Of a DNA stretch of 64,000 nucleotides, positions 61,387 through 64,000 are shown in pieces. The position numbers were made by a program, and so were the translations under genes. The notes beneath the pieces were generated by a model. The model did not search any database. It saw nothing but the letters and a program-made list of their open reading frames with translations, and was not told the origin of the DNA. This stretch comes from an uncultured cyanobacterium (GTDB taxonomy: Bacteria; Cyanobacteriota; Cyanobacteriia; Cyanobacteriales; CAWCAG01): assembly GCA_963793425.1 (NCBI GenBank), contig CAWCAG010000001.1:224001-288000 (forward strand), given 5' to 3'. Each line of letters opens with the position of its first letter. Within the stretch, counting starts at the first letter, position 1.

Positions 61387-62800
61387 ATGAAGATCAATTT
61401 AAAAAAGCGTCAATTTCGTTTCTGGCTGTGCTTTAGTGCAGCTTGGTTAGGAATCATCTGGATTGCCGTAGCTAAGCTAATTATACGCCCCCTTCTTCAA
61501 GCAGCTTATAGCGACAAGGGTTTACCTATTATTAGTAACATCATCCTCGGATTAAATAAACCCCTTGACAGATTATTATGGCGCTTAGATAGCTTAACTG
61601 AAGCAGGTTTAATTTTCTTTATTGCTTTTGGTCTAATTGCTTTAGTAACTACCAGCAAAACTTTCTTTAATAAATTTGTTGGTCAAGCAACTCCAGAAAC
61701 TTTAGGTTCAATCAGAATTATTACCTGTGGATTTCTTTTCACTAGCGCCCTTTGGGAAGAACTTGCTAGCAGCGCTTTACTTCCTGAGCAAATGCGCGTT
61801 TTCATGGGTACAATGGATATTTTTTATGCCTTACCCATCGGTTTTGATGCTTTTACTAAAAGTTACACAGCCTTACTAGTTTTTAAATGGATAACAGTAA
61901 TAGTTTTGTTATTAGCAACTGTTGGCTGGCAAACAAAATTTGTTGTTCCTTTAGGAGGCATTCTTTACTGCATATATGGAGGAATTATTCGTCAATACGA
62001 ACATTTTGGCCATGCGGGAATAGTTCCTCTTTATTTAATATTAGTTTTAGCTTTTACCCCTTGTGAAGATGGTTTATCGATTTGGGGAATTATTCTACGC
62101 GACTGTTCTTTTTTCTAAACTAGCAAGACGTATCTTTCCTCCTTTAATGGCAATGATGCACGCTGGCATCTTTTTGCTGCAAAATGTGGCTTTTTTCGAC
62201 CTAATTGTTTTGCAACTTATCTACTATGATTTTACTGAAATTCGCCAAGTAATTAGTCGAAGATTCAATCGCAACACTCCTTTGGTAATTAGAGAGTCTT
62301 CATCAAAAAAATCTCTTTCACGCAACTTTTACTACCCAATATTAGTAACAACCTTAAGTGTCTTTCTCCTCCTTACTTGGATTTATCGAGTAGAGTTTTA
62401 CCCGATCACCGCTTGGCAAATGTATTCTAACTCAAACACCACAGGAGATATTGAATACTACAAAGTTTTTGCCCATCGTCAGTCAGGAGAAACAACAAAA
62501 GCTTATTTGGATCAAAGTATTGGGGCAATGAAAAATGGCCGATATAAACGAGTTACTCGTAAATTCTGTTTTGACCCCAATAAAGTAAAGGTTTGTCAGA
62601 AGTATTTTGACATTAGCGCTAATACTTATAATCAAGATGTTTCATCTAAAAATAAGATTGTTGCTTATGAGATTCAAAAATGGAAGTGGAACTTTCTGAA
62701 ATCACCTTCTGGACCTGATGCTGGCAAGTTGAGAGAACGTTTCTTTTATCAAGGTGTTAAGTCCGCTTATCTAACATATCTGCTAAAAGAGCAAACATAG
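61387..62800 (+). pseudogene. HTTM/VKG-carboxylase-like membrane protein, internally deleted and frameshifted
   Basis: First ORF runs ...HFGHAG...TPCEDGLSI then jumps frame at ~62080 into GELFYATVLFS...MHAGIFLLQN...EFYPITAWQMY. Confidence 0.6.
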
Positions 62801-63656
62801 ACATTTGAGTTGCAGCAATCAAAAGAATTAAAGTTCTTTCTGTTAGGTTTTCCCTAACAACAATATCTTGTATAAAAGTAAATATAAAAGCCAGGAAAAA
62901 GAAAGCGGCAATGGGTAAAAACACCCTCAGAGGAGCAAAATATAATCCTGTTCGCATAATCAATTGTACAAAGCGTAAAGTATCTCGAATCGGTTTAATC
63001 TTGCTTTTACCCTTGCGATGGTGAAAATCAACGGGTTCGTAATGTACCACATAACCATTAGTTAGCATTGCCACGGTAATAGTTGTAGTAAAGCTAAAAG
63101 TATCAGGTAAAATTTTAATAAATTCCTGCACTACACTTTTACTAAAAACCCGTAATCCGCTATTGAGATCAGGTATTTTAGTATCAGTAATCCATTGAGC
63201 AAAACGGACTAAAAACCACTTAGGAATTTTCCTCAAATTAGAATAGTTGACATTAGCCCCGGTACGAGAACCTACAACCATATCAGCCTTTTGGGTTAAC
63301 GCGACCAGTTGTGGTATCCTCTCATTGGGATAAGTGCCATCAGCATCGGTAATGACAATCCAGTCATATTTAGCATTGCGAATCCCTGTTTTCAAAGCTG
63401 CACCATATCCTCTATTAACACGGTGTTCAATTACTCGGATGTCGTCGCGAGTTTGTAAAAGTTCTGCTGTACCGTCTATAGAACCATCATTAACTGCTAT
63501 AATCTCATATTCACAGCTAGAATCTTTGAGGCTATTCTGGAGATGATCAAGGGTTGGCAAAATGCCTCTTTCTTCGTTGTAGGTAGGAAGAATAAGAGAA
63601 AAAGGTGGACAAATATACTCGTCTTTTCTAATACTTGGCACTTGGCTTTCATTCAT
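62757..63656 (-). CDS. glycosyltransferase family 2 (DPM1-like)
   Basis: ILPTYNE, VNDGSID, NRGYGAA, ITDADG, DLNSG, C-terminal TM. Confidence 0.92.
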   Translation of the reverse strand: MNESQVPSIRKDEYICPPFSLILPTYNEERGILPTLDHLQNSLKDSSCEYEIIAVNDGSIDGTAELLQTRDDIRVIEHRVNRGYGAALKTGIRNAKYDWIVITDADGTYPNERIPQLVALTQKADMVVGSRTGANVNYSNLRKIPKWFLVRFAQWITDTKIPDLNSGLRVFSKSVVQEFIKILPDTFSFTTTITVAMLTNGYVVHYEPVDFHHRKGKSKIKPIRDTLRFVQLIMRTGLYFAPLRVFLPIAAFFFLAFIFTFIQDIVVRENLTERTLILLIAATQMSMFALLADMLDKRT

Positions 63657-63744
63657 TATTTTTTCACTTCAGGTTACTTCAAAAGCTTACAAACTATGGT
63701 AAAAATTGGCTAAATTTCTATTAGATAATCTAACTTAAGATAGA

Positions 63745-64000
63745 TTACTTACTTTGGGTTAAAATACATTCAGCTTTTAAAAGAATTAGGTCTTCGTTTT
63801 CAAAAATACTACAGTTTGGTACAAACTTAAGCAACTCTGGTTTAATACCTTGTTTTGCCCTAAGATCAGCAGCTTTAGACTCAGGAAATTGCCTTAACCA
63901 AACATCTATCGACCTTAAATCTTCTTCGGCTATATCCTCATCTCCATAGGGAGAGATTAAATAGTCTTTATCCAAAAGCCATAAATCCACACCATATTTT
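63745..64000 (-). CDS. 3' part of a hypothetical protein running in from beyond the window edge
   Basis: Open frame at the window end, stop at 63745, co-oriented with the GT2 gene. Confidence 0.55.
   Translation of the reverse strand, partial: KYGVDLWLLDKDYLISPYGDEDIAEEDLRSIDVWLRQFPESKAADLRAKQGIKPELLKFVPNCSIFENEDLILLKAECILTQSK

Overview
This is 64 kb of an AT-rich cyanobacterial chromosome: HIP1 GCGATCGC is abundant, and psaM, ndhQ, ccs1/ccdA and Fd-GOGAT glsF are present. Most of it is core or housekeeping genes (manC, LCP protein, GMP/PMM fusion, ssb, cobA, M16 peptidase, ahcY, def, glsF, sdhA, TRAP dctQM, tRNA-Gly(CCC)) with scattered accessory genes. Six things are not explained by the ORF track. 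(i) A 311-bp tandem array (3 near-identical units plus 1 diverged unit, 49994-51180) with a twin-hairpin/G-tract core abuts a frameshifted MmeI-like restriction-modification gene, and a solo diverged copy at ~33890-34190 similarly abuts an orphan ORF. (ii) There is mirror-image G/T versus C/A strand skew on either side of the predicted target-recognition domain of that RM gene. (iii) Several accessory genes keep their ends but appear to have lost their middles (OLD-like nuclease, PEP-CTERM, DUF1186, methyltransferase/Uma2, xisH-xisI, HTTM-like). (iv) A 1089-aa protein has a propeller, two lectin-like domains and a 31-aa-repeat coiled coil. (v) A ~110-bp dispersed repeat carries an extended -10 promoter. 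(vi) There are several small mobile repeats, plus small genes (psaM, ndhQ) below the ORF cutoff. No CRISPR array, rRNA, transposase or integrase was found. All family calls come from motif recognition by eye, with no database searches.
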